A stretch of DNA of 64,000 bases. Origin: Alphaproteobacteria bacterium. Lineage in GTDB: Bacteria; Pseudomonadota; Alphaproteobacteria; Caulobacterales; Parvularculaceae. Shown here one piece after another: positions 19,886-29,792 of the stretch. Under the pieces are notes generated by a model. The model was not told where the DNA came from, did no database searches, and worked only from the letters and a program-made list of their open reading frames with translations. A program made the translations under genes and the position numbers. Within the stretch, counting starts at the first letter, position 1. Each line of letters begins with the position of its first letter. The stretch is taken from assembly GCA_030426465.1 (NCBI GenBank), contig JAUHYK010000008.1, positions 4,756 to 68,755 on the forward strand, given 5' to 3'.

Positions 19886-20842
19886 TTACGGTTTCTTCAC
19901 CATGTCTGGCGGGGTGAAATCAGGGCTCGCCCAGATGTGGAGCGCACGTCCCCTGGCGGTCTTTTTCGGCGGCTTCAAGGTTAGCAGCCGGGCGTAGTTG
20001 ACGGCCCGGCCGAGAAGCCAGAACAGATTGGCGGCGATCAGCCCGGCCCGGCCATAATGCTCGATGAAGTAACGGGACCGCGCGGCGTAATAATAGCGCG
20101 GCAGAGGCTTGTGCGCGGCGGCGGCATCCTCAACGCCTGACGACTTTGCCTCGAAGTGCTTCACTGCCGCCTCTTCAATGCGTGCGTTGCGCCAGCCATG
20201 TTCGGCCGCGTTGAGGCCATAGGCGCTGTCCTCGAAATACATGAAGTAGTTTTCATCAAGAAGGCCGACCTCCTCGATCACTTCCCGGCGGATCATGACA
20301 CAGGCGAAGCTGATCCAGTCCGGGGCGTCGGCCTCGCCCTCGAAGATGGGGACCACATGCTCGCGATAGCGGTGATAGAAAAAGTCGAGGCCCGTCGCCT
20401 CCACGAACTCGCTGAATGGCGTGCGTTTTCTGAACCGGCTGATGGCGGGCGCGCCGCTCTCGTCGAGGATCTGAGGTCCGGCGAGGCCGAGCTTTGGCCG
20501 TTCTTTCATGGCGGTAAGAAGCGCTCCAAGCGCGCCAGGCTCCACCAGCGTGTCGGAGTTGAGAAGAAGGTAGAAATCCGCCTCTCCCGCCTTGATGCCG
20601 AGATTGTTGCCGGCGGCGAAGCCGCCATTGACCGTGGACCGGATGACCTCGACCGGTGCAGTCGGCCGTTGCGCGGCCCAGGCGCCGAGTAATTCCGCGG
20701 ACTTGTCCGGCGAGGCGTTATCCACAAGGATCAGTCGTCCGCCAATAGCCTCAATCTGCGGCAGGACGCTTTGCGCGCTCGCAATGGCGAGGTCAGGCGT
20801 CCCGTAATTGAGAATGATGACGTTGAGCGGCGAGCGGGCCAT
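19886..20842 (-). CDS. Glycosyltransferase family 2
   Basis: IILNY, LVDNAS, NGGFAAGNN, LLNSDT, DENYFMYFED. Confidence 0.92.
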   Translation of the reverse strand: MARSPLNVIILNYGTPDLAIASAQSVLPQIEAIGGRLILVDNASPDKSAELLGAWAAQRPTAPVEVIRSTVNGGFAAGNNLGIKAGEADFYLLLNSDTLVEPGALGALLTAMKERPKLGLAGPQILDESGAPAISRFRKRTPFSEFVEATGLDFFYHRYREHVVPIFEGEADAPDWISFACVMIRREVIEEVGLLDENYFMYFEDSAYGLNAAEHGWRNARIEEAAVKHFEAKSSGVEDAAAAHKPLPRYYYAARSRYFIEHYGRAGLIAANLFWLLGRAVNYARLLTLKPPKKTARGRALHIWASPDFTPPDMVKKP

Positions 20843-20887
20843 ATTAACCTTTTAGGGCGGCGATCCGCCTGTTTTCGGCGGTTTATA

Positions 20888-20903
20888 TGAAACCGATCTT
20901 AAC
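20888..20903. promoter_or_regulatory. CtrA-like box (TGAA-N7-TTAAC)
   Basis: One mismatch to TTAA-N7-TTAAC upstream of GT2; additional TTAACC half-site at 20844-20849. Confidence 0.35.
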
Positions 20904-20951
20904 GAAAGCCTTTGGCGCCAGTTCAAGGAGCTGAATTCGGGCGGCGGGGGG

Positions 20952-20980
20952 CTGACAAAAGGGGTTATGAGGCCTATATA
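20952..20980 (+). promoter_or_regulatory. sigma70-type promoter of the rimP-nusA-infB operon
   Basis: CTGACA-N17-TATATA. Confidence 0.65.
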
Positions 20981-21008
20981 GCCGATCAAACGCTATCGAG
21001 TTCATGAT

Positions 21009-21035
21009 AAGCGGGCCCCGCGGGGCCCGCTTTTT
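21009..21035 (+). terminator. Leader terminator/attenuator hairpin upstream of rimP
   Basis: AAGCGGGCCCCGCGGGGCCCGCTTTTT: perfect palindrome plus U tract about 25 nt after the predicted start site. Confidence 0.7.
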
Positions 21036-21080
21036 CATTACCCCCTCCGCAAATACGGGGGAAATCCGAAGGGCCGTATA

Positions 21081-21617
21081 TTGCTGATTGAAGACCGTCT
21101 TGTCGCGCTGATCGAACCCGTCGCCAACGCCGCCGGCTTTGAGCTTGTGCGCGTACGCATCACGGGTGGCCAGACCAAGACCCTGCAGGTGATGGCCGAG
21201 CGCCCGGACCGGACCATGAGCGCGGGCGATTGCGCCAAGCTTTCGCGTGCATTGTCACCGGCGCTGGAGGAGGCGGACCTGATTGACGGGGCGTATAATC
21301 TCGAAGTCTCGTCGCCCGGCATCGACCGGCCGCTGGTGAGGCTGAAAGATTTCCACGACTGGCAGGGCTGGCCGGCGAAGCTTGAACTGAATCGTCTTGT
21401 CGAGGGCCGCAAACGCTTCAAGGGCGTTGTCGCCGGCGTCGATGACGGCAAGGTCGCCTTCGATATTGAAGGTGAAGAAGACACGGCGCTGTTTCCGCTT
21501 GAGTGGATCGCCAGCGCCCAGCTCGTTCTGACGGACGAGTTGATCAAACAAACCATGAAGGCGGACAAGCAAGCCCGCCAAACCACAGGAGAAGATGAGA
21601 TGGAGACCTCTCAATGA
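21081..21617 (+). CDS. rimP: Ribosome maturation factor
   Basis: YNLEVSSPGIDRPL; first gene of the nusA operon. Confidence 0.95.
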   Translation: MLIEDRLVALIEPVANAAGFELVRVRITGGQTKTLQVMAERPDRTMSAGDCAKLSRALSPALEEADLIDGAYNLEVSSPGIDRPLVRLKDFHDWQGWPAKLELNRLVEGRKRFKGVVAGVDDGKVAFDIEGEEDTALFPLEWIASAQLVLTDELIKQTMKADKQARQTTGEDEMETSQ

Positions 21618-23239
21618 ACGCGGTTAGCGCCAACAAGCTGGAGCTTATCCAGATCGCCGATGCGGTCGCGCGCGAAAAGTCCATCGACAAGTCGCTTGTC
21701 ATCGAGGCCATGGAAGATGCGCTCGCCCGTGCGGCGCGCACCCGTTACGGCCATGAAACGCTGGTGAAAGCCGAGATCAATCCGAAGACCGGCGAGACCA
21801 AACTGTGGCGTCTTCTTGAAGTGGTTGAGGAAGTCGAAAACGATCAGACCCAGATGGCGCTTTCCGAAGCGCTTCATCGCAATCCGGAAGCGGAAGTCGG
21901 CGCGTTCATGTCAGAACCGCTGCCGCCGATCGATTTTGGCCGTCAGGCCGCCATGGGCGCCAAGCAGGTCATCACGCAGAAAGTGCGCGAAGCCGAGCGA
22001 GATCGTCAGTACGAAGATTTCAAGGATCGTCTTGGCGAAATTATCAACGGCATCATCAAGCGCGTGGAATATGGCCATGTGATTGTCGATCTCGGCAAAG
22101 CCGAAGCGATCATCCGCCGCGACCAGCAATTGCCGCGGGAAAATTACCGCAATGGCGACCGCGTGCGCGCCTATATCATGGATGTGCGCCGCGAAACGCG
22201 GGGGCCGCAAATCTTCCTGTCGCGCTCGCACCCGCAATTCATGGCGAAGCTTTTCGAACAGGAAGTGCCGGAAGTTTATGACGGCGTCATCGAGATCAAG
22301 GCCGTCGCCCGCGACCCGGGCAGCCGCGCCAAAATCGGCGTTTTCTCGAACGATCCGGGCATTGATCCGGTCGGCGCCTGCGTCGGCATGCGCGGCAGCC
22401 GCGTGCAGGCGGTGGTGAACGAGCTTGGCGGCGAGAAAATCGACATTGTGCCGTGGAATGACAATGACGCGACTTTCGTCGTCAACGCGCTGGCCCCGGC
22501 GGAAGTCACCAAGGTTGTGCTCGATGAGGATTTGAAACGTATCGAAGTTGTGGTGCCGGACGAGCAATTGTCGCTTGCTATTGGCCGCCGCGGTCAGAAT
22601 GTGCGTCTCGCCTCGCAGCTCTCAGGCTACGAGATCGACATCATGACCGAGGAAGAAGAGAGCGCGAAACGCCAGGAAGAGTTCCGCGTGCGTTCCGAGT
22701 TGTTCATGGCGGGTCTCGATGTGGACGACATGATGGCCGGTCTTCTGGTCTCCGAAGGCTTCTCCAAGATTGAGGAGATCGCCTTTGTGGAGGTTGAGGA
22801 GTTGATGGATATTGACGGTCTCGACGAAGAAACCGCCGAGGAGCTTCAGGCCCGGGCGCGTGACTTCATCGAGGAGGAGAACAAGAAGCTCGACGAAAAA
22901 CGCCGTGAAATGGGCGTTTCCGACGATATCCTTGAAATGGACGGCCTCGATCTCAAAATGATCGTGACGCTGGGCGAAAATGACGTGAAGTCTGTTGAAG
23001 ACCTCGCCGGCTGCGCCACGGACGACCTGACCGGCTGGACCGAACGGGTCGATGGCGAACGCAAGCACTATGACGGGATGCTTGAGGCTTACAAAATCAC
23101 CGCTGAAGATGCGGAAGATCTTATCATGCGCGCGCGGCTTCAGGCCGGGTGGGTGACGCAGGAAGATCTCGACGCGATGAAGGCGGCGGAAGAAGAGGCT
23201 GCGGAAGGCGAGGAGGCCGCGACTGACGTCAGCGCTTAA
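21614..23239 (+). CDS. nusA: Transcription termination/antitermination factor
   Basis: S1 and KH domains (ARDPGSRAKI, GACVGMRGSRV, LAIGRRGQNVRLA), acidic C-terminal repeats. Confidence 0.98.
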   Translation: MNAVSANKLELIQIADAVAREKSIDKSLVIEAMEDALARAARTRYGHETLVKAEINPKTGETKLWRLLEVVEEVENDQTQMALSEALHRNPEAEVGAFMSEPLPPIDFGRQAAMGAKQVITQKVREAERDRQYEDFKDRLGEIINGIIKRVEYGHVIVDLGKAEAIIRRDQQLPRENYRNGDRVRAYIMDVRRETRGPQIFLSRSHPQFMAKLFEQEVPEVYDGVIEIKAVARDPGSRAKIGVFSNDPGIDPVGACVGMRGSRVQAVVNELGGEKIDIVPWNDNDATFVVNALAPAEVTKVVLDEDLKRIEVVVPDEQLSLAIGRRGQNVRLASQLSGYEIDIMTEEEESAKRQEEFRVRSELFMAGLDVDDMMAGLLVSEGFSKIEEIAFVEVEELMDIDGLDEETAEELQARARDFIEEENKKLDEKRREMGVSDDILEMDGLDLKMIVTLGENDVKSVEDLAGCATDDLTGWTERVDGERKHYDGMLEAYKITAEDAEDLIMRARLQAGWVTQEDLDAMKAAEEEAAEGEEAATDVSA

Positions 23240-23819
23240 AAAAGCCAAGACCGCCTCTGAGCGGCGCTGCGTGGCGACAGGCGCCGCGCTGACGCCGGAG
23301 GAAGGATTGCGGTTCGTGCTCTCGCCGCAGGGTGAGCTGGCGCCGGATTTTACGGGCAAGCTTCCCGGCCGCGGCGCTTGGCTGACGCCGCAACGGCAGG
23401 CGCTTGAGACGGCCCTGAAAAAAGGCGCTTTCGCGCGTTCTTTCAAGCAGGGCGTCGCCTTGCCGGACGATCTCGCAGGGCGCGTTGAGGCGGGCCTTGC
23501 GAAACAGGCGCTTTCCGCGCTTGGGCTTGCGCGCCGGACCGGCGATGTGGCGACGGGCTTTGAAAAGGTTCGCGCCATGCTGGCGGAAGGCGCGGCTGCG
23601 GCGCTCATAAACGCCGCGGATGGCGGTGAAGATGGGCGCCGGAAACTGGAAGGCGCCGCCGGTGACGCGGTTGTTTTGATGTTGTTCGAGGAGGCCGAGC
23701 TTGCCGGCGCCCTCGGACGGGAAGAGCCGACGGTTCATGTGGCCGTCAAAAAAGGCGCGGCGGCGCAGCGTTTTCTCAACGCGGCGCGGCGTCTTGAAGG
23801 ATTTCGAAGCGGCGCATAA
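23223..23819 (+). CDS. ylxR: YlxR/DUF448 RNA-binding protein with L7Ae-like C-terminus; probable CTG start
   Basis: ERRCVATG...LRFVLSP...PGRGAW; the ERRC motif lies upstream of the ORF-track GTG 23271; AGGAGG at 23211-23216 precedes CTG 23223. Confidence 0.85.
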   Translation: MTSALKKAKTASERRCVATGAALTPEEGLRFVLSPQGELAPDFTGKLPGRGAWLTPQRQALETALKKGAFARSFKQGVALPDDLAGRVEAGLAKQALSALGLARRTGDVATGFEKVRAMLAEGAAAALINAADGGEDGRRKLEGAAGDAVVLMLFEEAELAGALGREEPTVHVAVKKGAAAQRFLNAARRLEGFRSGA

Positions 23820-23945
23820 AGCCGCGAAACATTAGGGGTTCGCTGTGGACCCCGGCCCTGAGGGGCTGTATGTCGATGGCGGCTTCCCGAACAGGGGCCG
23901 CCGCTAAGGAAGGCGCTTTTTTCAAGAGGCGCATTTGGAGATTGG

Positions 23946-26576
23946 ATGAGCGACGACGTCGAAACTGAAACCAGCAAACCGCGCCGGCCGCTAACCTTGC
24001 GCCGCACGGAGACGGGCGCCGTAAAGCAAAGCTTTAGCCACGGCCGCTCCAAGACGGTTGTTGTCGAGACCAAAAAGCGCCGCGTCCTGGCGCCGAAGAA
24101 GCCTGGCGAGGCGCCGGCGAAGGCGGACGCGAAGGAAGCGCCTGAGAAAAAGGCCGCGCCGAAAAAGCCTGCCGAGGATAAAGCCGCAACGGCAAAGGCG
24201 GCGGCCGCGAAAGCGGCTGAGGACAAAAAGCGGGGCGCCGTTCTTCGCACCCTCTCCGATGACGAAAAACAGGCTCGTGCGGCGGCGCTTGCGACCGCGC
24301 GCAAGGAAAAGGCCGAACGCGATAAACGCGACGCCGCCGAGCGGCTCGAGCGCGAGGCGCGTGAAGCCGAAGAGCGCAGCCGTCTGGAAGAAGAGCGCAA
24401 GCGTCAGGCCGCGGAAGAAGAAAAACGCGCCCTCGAAGCTGAGGAGCGCCGCAAGGCAGAAGAGATCGCCCGCGAAGCGCTCGAAGAAGAAGAGCGCGAG
24501 CGCAACAAGCGCAACGCTGCGAAATCCGAGGCGAGAGCCAAAGGCCGCGAGGAAGAAGAGCGCAAAGCGGACGCCAGCAAGGCGGCGGATGTGGACAACC
24601 CGCTCGCACAGCTTGGCGGTCGTCTCAAGACTCGCCGCAAGGGCGGCGATGATGATCGCCGTGACGCCAACAAGGCGAAAGAAGCGCCGCGCCGACGTTC
24701 AGGCAAGCTGACAATAGCGAATGCACTCGATGATGAGGAGCGCCAGCGTTCCCTCGCGTCGGTGAAGCGCGCCCGCGAACGTGAAAAGCTCGCGCGCCAG
24801 CAGCGCGGCGGCGAACGCGTTCTGCGCGATGTCATCATTCCTGAAACCATCACCGTGCAGGAGCTTGCCGCGCGTATGTCCATGCGCGCTGTCGACCTCG
24901 TCAAGGAATTGATGACGCAGGGCCAGATGGTCACGTCGAATGAAATTCTTGATGCGGATACGGCGCAACTCATCGCTGAAGATCTTGGCCACTCCGTGAA
25001 ACGCGTCGCCGAATCTGACGTTGAAGTCGGCCTTGACGGCGAAAAGGACAATGAAGCGGATATGAAGCCGCGTCCGCCTGTCGTTACGATTATGGGTCAC
25101 GTCGATCACGGCAAGACGTCGCTTCTCGACGCCATGCGCCAGACCGACGTTGTCGCCGGCGAGGCTGGCGGCATCACCCAGCATATCGGCGCCTATCAGG
25201 TGACGCTCGGCGACGATCGCAAGATCACCTTTCTCGATACGCCAGGTCACGCCGCCTTTACGCAGATGCGCGCACGCGGCGCCAAGGTGACGGATATCAT
25301 CATTCTCGTCGTCGCGGCGGACGATTCCATCATGCCGCAGACGGAAGAAGCGATCAGCCACGCCAAAGCCGCGGGCGTTCCGATCATCGTCGCCATTAAC
25401 AAGGTCGACAAGCCGGACGCCGATCCCAACAAGGTTCGCACCGATCTCCTTCAATATGAGATTCAGGTCGAAAGCATGGGCGGCGACGTGCAGGATGTTG
25501 AAGTTTCCGCACTGAAAAAGACGAATCTCGACGGTCTTCAGGATGCGATCCTGTTGCAGGCCGAGTTGCTCGATCTCAAGGCCAACCCGAACCGCCCCGC
25601 CAATGGCGCGGTGGTCGAGGCGCGTCTCGATAAGGGCCGCGGCGCGGTGGCGACCTTGCTCGTCGAGCGCGGCACGCTGAAACGCGGCGACATTCTCGTT
25701 GTCGGGTCGGAATGGGGCAAGGTGCGCGCCATGACCGACGACAAAGGCAAAGCCGTCCAGGCGGCGGGTCCTGCTTTTCCGGTCGAGGTGCTGGGTCTCA
25801 ACGGCGCGCCGGAGCCGGGCGATACGTTCAATGTGGTCGACAGCGAGGCCAAGGCCCGCGAGATTGCGGAGTTCCGCCATCGCCAGCGCCGTGAAAAAGC
25901 CGCCGCCAAAACTTCGGGCACTTCACTCGAACAGATGATGGCGCAGCTTCAGGACTCGGAGATCAAGGAACTGCCGATCGTCATCAAGGGCGACGTGCAG
26001 GGCTCGATCGAAGCGATTGTCGGGTCGCTGGAGAAATTCAACAATGACGAAGTTCGCGTGCGGGTTTTGCATACGGGCGTCGGCGGGATTTCCGAAAGCG
26101 ACGTCATTCTCGCCGAGGCGTCGAGCGCGCCGGTCATCGGCTTCAATGTTCGCGCCAACAAACAGGCGCGCGACGAGGCGGAGCGGTCAAAAGTCGAAAT
26201 CCGCTATTATTCGGTGATCTACAACCTGATCGACGACATCAAGGCGACTCTGTCCGGCATGCTTGAGCCGGAACTGCGCGAGACCTTCCTCGGCAATGCG
26301 GAAATTCTCGAAGTGTTCAACATTTCGAAACACGGCAAGGTCGCCGGTTGCCGCGTGACCGAAGGCAAGGTGGAGCGCGGCGCGAAAGTCCGCCTTATCC
26401 GTGACAACGTCGTTATCCACGAAGGCGAGCTCTCGCAGCTCAAGCGCTTCAAGGACGATGTGCAGGAAGTGCCCGGCGGTCAGGAATGCGGTATGAGCTT
26501 CGCCAATTACGAAGATATGCGCGCTGGCGACGTCATCGAGTGCTTCTCTGTTGAGAAGATTACGCGGACGCTTTAA
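23946..26576 (+). CDS. infB: Translation initiation factor IF-2
   Basis: [28 protein letters not shown]. Confidence 0.98.
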   Translation: MSDDVETETSKPRRPLTLRRTETGAVKQSFSHGRSKTVVVETKKRRVLAPKKPGEAPAKADAKEAPEKKAAPKKPAEDKAATAKAAAAKAAEDKKRGAVLRTLSDDEKQARAAALATARKEKAERDKRDAAERLEREAREAEERSRLEEERKRQAAEEEKRALEAEERRKAEEIAREALEEEERERNKRNAAKSEARAKGREEEERKADASKAADVDNPLAQLGGRLKTRRKGGDDDRRDANKAKEAPRRRSGKLTIANALDDEERQRSLASVKRAREREKLARQQRGGERVLRDVIIPETITVQELAARMSMRAVDLVKELMTQGQMVTSNEILDADTAQLIAEDLGHSVKRVAESDVEVGLDGEKDNEADMKPRPPVVTIMGHVDHGKTSLLDAMRQTDVVAGEAGGITQHIGAYQVTLGDDRKITFLDTPGHAAFTQMRARGAKVTDIIILVVAADDSIMPQTEEAISHAKAAGVPIIVAINKVDKPDADPNKVRTDLLQYEIQVESMGGDVQDVEVSALKKTNLDGLQDAILLQAELLDLKANPNRPANGAVVEARLDKGRGAVATLLVERGTLKRGDILVVGSEWGKVRAMTDDKGKAVQAAGPAFPVEVLGLNGAPEPGDTFNVVDSEAKAREIAEFRHRQRREKAAAKTSGTSLEQMMAQLQDSEIKELPIVIKGDVQGSIEAIVGSLEKFNNDEVRVRVLHTGVGGISESDVILAEASSAPVIGFNVRANKQARDEAERSKVEIRYYSVIYNLIDDIKATLSGMLEPELRETFLGNAEILEVFNISKHGKVAGCRVTEGKVERGAKVRLIRDNVVIHEGELSQLKRFKDDVQEVPGGQECGMSFANYEDMRAGDVIECFSVEKITRTL

Positions 26577-26605
26577 CGCGCGCCTTCGGTGACGGAGAAA
26601 GTCTT

Positions 26606-27112
26606 ATGCTTCGCTTGCTCGATCCCGAGCGCGACGGGCCTGTGCTGCATGCGATTTTCGGCGACGAGGATTGTTGCACTTATCTAGCCGACCCGGCGAC
26701 AAATTCCGTCGTTGAAACCGTCCGCCTCCTGAAGAAATGGAATGAGGGGACGGAGGAGACCACCTGGGCGATTGTCGAAGAGCCTGAGGGCGATGCGCTG
26801 GGCCGGGCGACGTTAATCCCGCGGGAACGCGATATTTGGGAAATCGGGATCATGCTTTGCCCCAAGGCGCAGGGGCGTGGCCTGGCGGTGAAGGCTCTCG
26901 GTGAAATCATAGATGACGGCTTTGACCATCTGGGCGCCCGGCGGATTTTCGCGGACATAGACACTGATAATTCGCCCTCCATCCGCCTGTTCGAGCGGCT
27001 TGGGTTTCAACGCGAAGGCGTCTTGCGGGGAACCTGGATCACCCATATCGGCGAGCGCGACAGCGTTATTTTCGGCCTTCTTCGGTCCGATAACCGTGTT
27101 TGGGCGCGCTGA
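26606..27112 (+). CDS. GNAT N-acetyltransferase (RimJ/RimL-like)
   Basis: EIGIML, AQGRGLA, NSPSIRLFERLGFQREG. Confidence 0.88.
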   Translation: MLRLLDPERDGPVLHAIFGDEDCCTYLADPATNSVVETVRLLKKWNEGTEETTWAIVEEPEGDALGRATLIPRERDIWEIGIMLCPKAQGRGLAVKALGEIIDDGFDHLGARRIFADIDTDNSPSIRLFERLGFQREGVLRGTWITHIGERDSVIFGLLRSDNRVWAR

Positions 27113-27268
27113 CGTCTTGCGCCGCAAGGATCGCCTCTTACGGCTTTTTAGAGGCGGGGTAAGAATTACCTGCCATTCTGCAGGGGTTACACAAGTGCAA
27201 TATGATGGGCGATTGCAGCCTTCAGGCTGCGCCGCTAGTTTCATCGCGGCCAATTCAGGGGGAAGTTT

Positions 27269-28144
27269 TTGACCTTACGATCTCCACATTTCATTTATGT
27301 GCTGGTTGCTTCCGAAAGCTCCCTTTTTGCGGAAAGGGCAGTAATTTCCGCAACGACGTTGAGGCGAGTGACGCCGCAGGCGAAAATCACCATCCTCTCC
27401 GACGCTGATACGGCGCGCCTCGAAACGCCGGCCGCCTGCATGTTGAGAGAAATTACTGATCAATGGGTTGCCGAGGAGGTCGCTTTCGCATCTCCGGTGG
27501 AGCGTAGCCGATACCTCAAATTGAACTGCCGGCGCCTCATAGACGGGGATTATGTGTATCTTGATTGCGACACGTTGTTTGCCAAGGATTTATCCGCAAT
27601 CACCACGCATCCAGGTGATTTCGCCGCTGCGCCGGATCTCGGCATGCCGCTCCCCGACACGATTGCTTTTAGCGAGCGAAAAGGTTGGGAGCTGCCAAAA
27701 AAGATTTTCAATTCAGGTGTGATGAGCGTTCGCGATACGAAAGCGATGCGCGATGTCTGGGCCAGCGCCTATGCGTTGTGGCAGGAAGCAGCGAGCGAAA
27801 ACCTGTTCTTCGATCAGCTCCCGTCGAATGTCGCATTCCACCGCGCCGGCGCTCATATCCACTGGCTTCCGGCGACCTATAACGCCCAGATTGGCAACCG
27901 CACCTACGCCGCGATCAAGCCGCATGTGTTCCATATTTTTGCGACCTTCGATCATGATGATACGATTCAATACCACCTTATTCGACAGTTGAAGGAGACA
28001 GGGACCTTCGATCAGTCGGTCATTGATGAGTTTCTGCGCACCGGAAATCCGTGGGTCCGGTTGAGCAGTCCCGGTCAATATCTGGCGTTGGGGCGGCCGC
28101 TGTCCGCAGTTGTTACAGGCGTACGCCAAAAGCTGGGCGGTTAA
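27269..28144 (+). CDS. GT8-like GT-A fold glycosyltransferase
   Basis: YLDCD (DxD), FNSGV, DQLPSN, YNAQ, distal H; GGGGGA SD before TTG. Confidence 0.7.
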   Translation: MTLRSPHFIYVLVASESSLFAERAVISATTLRRVTPQAKITILSDADTARLETPAACMLREITDQWVAEEVAFASPVERSRYLKLNCRRLIDGDYVYLDCDTLFAKDLSAITTHPGDFAAAPDLGMPLPDTIAFSERKGWELPKKIFNSGVMSVRDTKAMRDVWASAYALWQEAASENLFFDQLPSNVAFHRAGAHIHWLPATYNAQIGNRTYAAIKPHVFHIFATFDHDDTIQYHLIRQLKETGTFDQSVIDEFLRTGNPWVRLSSPGQYLALGRPLSAVVTGVRQKLGG

Positions 28145-28235
28145 CTGCAAAACGCATTAAACAAAGGGGGAATCTGGTTGATGATCCGGATTTCGGGCCT
28201 TTTCTTCAACTCCAAGAAGCTTATATCGTCCGTCT

Positions 28236-28631
28236 ATGGCTAATCGATCTTCCAATAAAAAGGGTCTTTCACAGCGCCAGCTTCGAGCGGGCGAGTTGAT
28301 CCGTCATGCCCTCGTCGAGATTTTGCAGCGGGAAACGCTGCGCGATCCGGCCCTTGCCGGCGTCTCTATCACCATTAGCGAGGTCCGGGTTTCACCTGAT
28401 CTGAAACAGGCGACGGCCTATGCGGCGCCGCTTGGCGGAGGTCACGAGGGCGAGGTGGTCGCGGGGCTCAACCGCGTTGCGCCCTATTTACGGGGACTTC
28501 TGGGCAAAAAGATCGCCATGAAGTTCACGCCCGCCCTGAGGTTTTCAGTGGATGAGACTTTTGCCGAAGCGCAAAAAATCGACCAGCTTCTGGCGCGGCC
28601 CGACGTCGCCCGCGATCTTGGCGGAGAGTAA
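28236..28631 (+). CDS. rbfA: Ribosome-binding factor A
   Basis: SQRQLRAGELIR, EVRVSPDLK, FTPALRF. Confidence 0.96.
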   Translation: MANRSSNKKGLSQRQLRAGELIRHALVEILQRETLRDPALAGVSITISEVRVSPDLKQATAYAAPLGGGHEGEVVAGLNRVAPYLRGLLGKKIAMKFTPALRFSVDETFAEAQKIDQLLARPDVARDLGGE

Positions 28632-28721
28632 GGCTGCGTTTACCTTGTTGGCCGAGTCTGTATTTCAATCTGAGTGATGATCTCTACATGAAATAGCGGA
28701 TAAAGCCGTCTGCTGCGGGGG

Positions 28722-29792
28722 TTGATGTTGGTACTGACGGCCTTTTTGCGGCACTCAAAAGTTCAGGCTCCATTGGCGACGCTGCGCAGCCATGCGGGAA
28801 GCCTGTGGCGCGGGGCCTACGCAGCGACAGGCCGGTATCAGCCGATCCCTTTTAGTGAGCAGGAAACAGTGTCTGGCGAGATGGCGCCGTTTAAAGGCGA
28901 CATACCGCGCTCGGCCGGGGAGGAATTTGGACAGCGGCGTTTGACGTTTGCGGCGGCGCGGCCGGTTTTCGAAGAGGTTGAGAATTTGGTGGTGACGCCG
29001 AGGGGCGGCGGCTGGAAGGAGGGCGTGCTTTTTGAGAAATACAGCGCAAAAAAGCCCGGTCTCAGAATGTTGATGGCCAGCCGCAAGCCGGGGCATACGG
29101 CGCCTGAAGGGATCTTCGTTCAATCGGAACATGTGGACACGTTTGGTGACTGGATGGCGGAGTATCTGTCAACGCTTGCGCAGCTTCCCCGGATTGATGC
29201 GCCGGTGTTTTTGCCTGCGGCATTGGCGGCGAAAGGCTATGTGCAGCGCGACGGGGCGCGTATTGGCGTTGATTTTGTCGGCATAGATAAACCCCTGCTG
29301 ATCAAGCGTGCAAAGGTGATGCGCCAGACACGGTTTATACGCTATTGGCTGCCGGAGCAGGTCAGCGCGCTCCGGACGCTGTTGAAAGTTGAACAGATCG
29401 ACCCGGCGCCTGGCTCACTATTGTATTTATCGCGACATGGCGAACGTTCCGAAGTGGCTGACAGGACACATCCAAATCTGATGCTGGAGGAGCTGGTGCG
29501 CGCGCGAGGGGGAACAGTTCTGCGCACTGCCGACGCATCGCTTGAAGATTATTTAAGGGTGGCGCAACAGGCGGAAACGCTTTTATACGACCACGGCTCG
29601 GCCGCCTATAATATGATTTACTGGCGTCCGCGCCGCATCATCGAATTTGCCAGCGACGACTGGTGGATGAGTTCTTTCCTGTTTTTCGCGAATGCTTCCG
29701 GTGTGCGTGATTACACCATTATTAGTACGGATCGCGCCGGCGCAGCGGAACGTTTGACCGCAGCGCTTGAGGCGCCGCTGGAGGCGGCATGA
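28722..29792 (+). CDS. GT61/DUF563-like glycosyltransferase, copy 1
   Basis: FGDWMAEYL, LYLSR, HGSAAYN correspond to GT61 signature positions. Confidence 0.65.
   Translation: MMLVLTAFLRHSKVQAPLATLRSHAGSLWRGAYAATGRYQPIPFSEQETVSGEMAPFKGDIPRSAGEEFGQRRLTFAAARPVFEEVENLVVTPRGGGWKEGVLFEKYSAKKPGLRMLMASRKPGHTAPEGIFVQSEHVDTFGDWMAEYLSTLAQLPRIDAPVFLPAALAAKGYVQRDGARIGVDFVGIDKPLLIKRAKVMRQTRFIRYWLPEQVSALRTLLKVEQIDPAPGSLLYLSRHGERSEVADRTHPNLMLEELVRARGGTVLRTADASLEDYLRVAQQAETLLYDHGSAAYNMIYWRPRRIIEFASDDWWMSSFLFFANASGVRDYTIISTDRAGAAERLTAALEAPLEAA

Noticed and set aside
24100-24800. Repetitive GAA/GCG-rich DNA in infB
   Set aside because: Encodes the normal low-complexity charged N-terminal region of IF2; not a repeat array
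22622-25880. Long antisense ORFs over nusA, ylxR and infB (similarly 89-937, 8478-9812, 16371-17159, 37249-38175, 57814-58566)
   Set aside because: Typical shadow frames of high-GC coding genes with no motifs or SD
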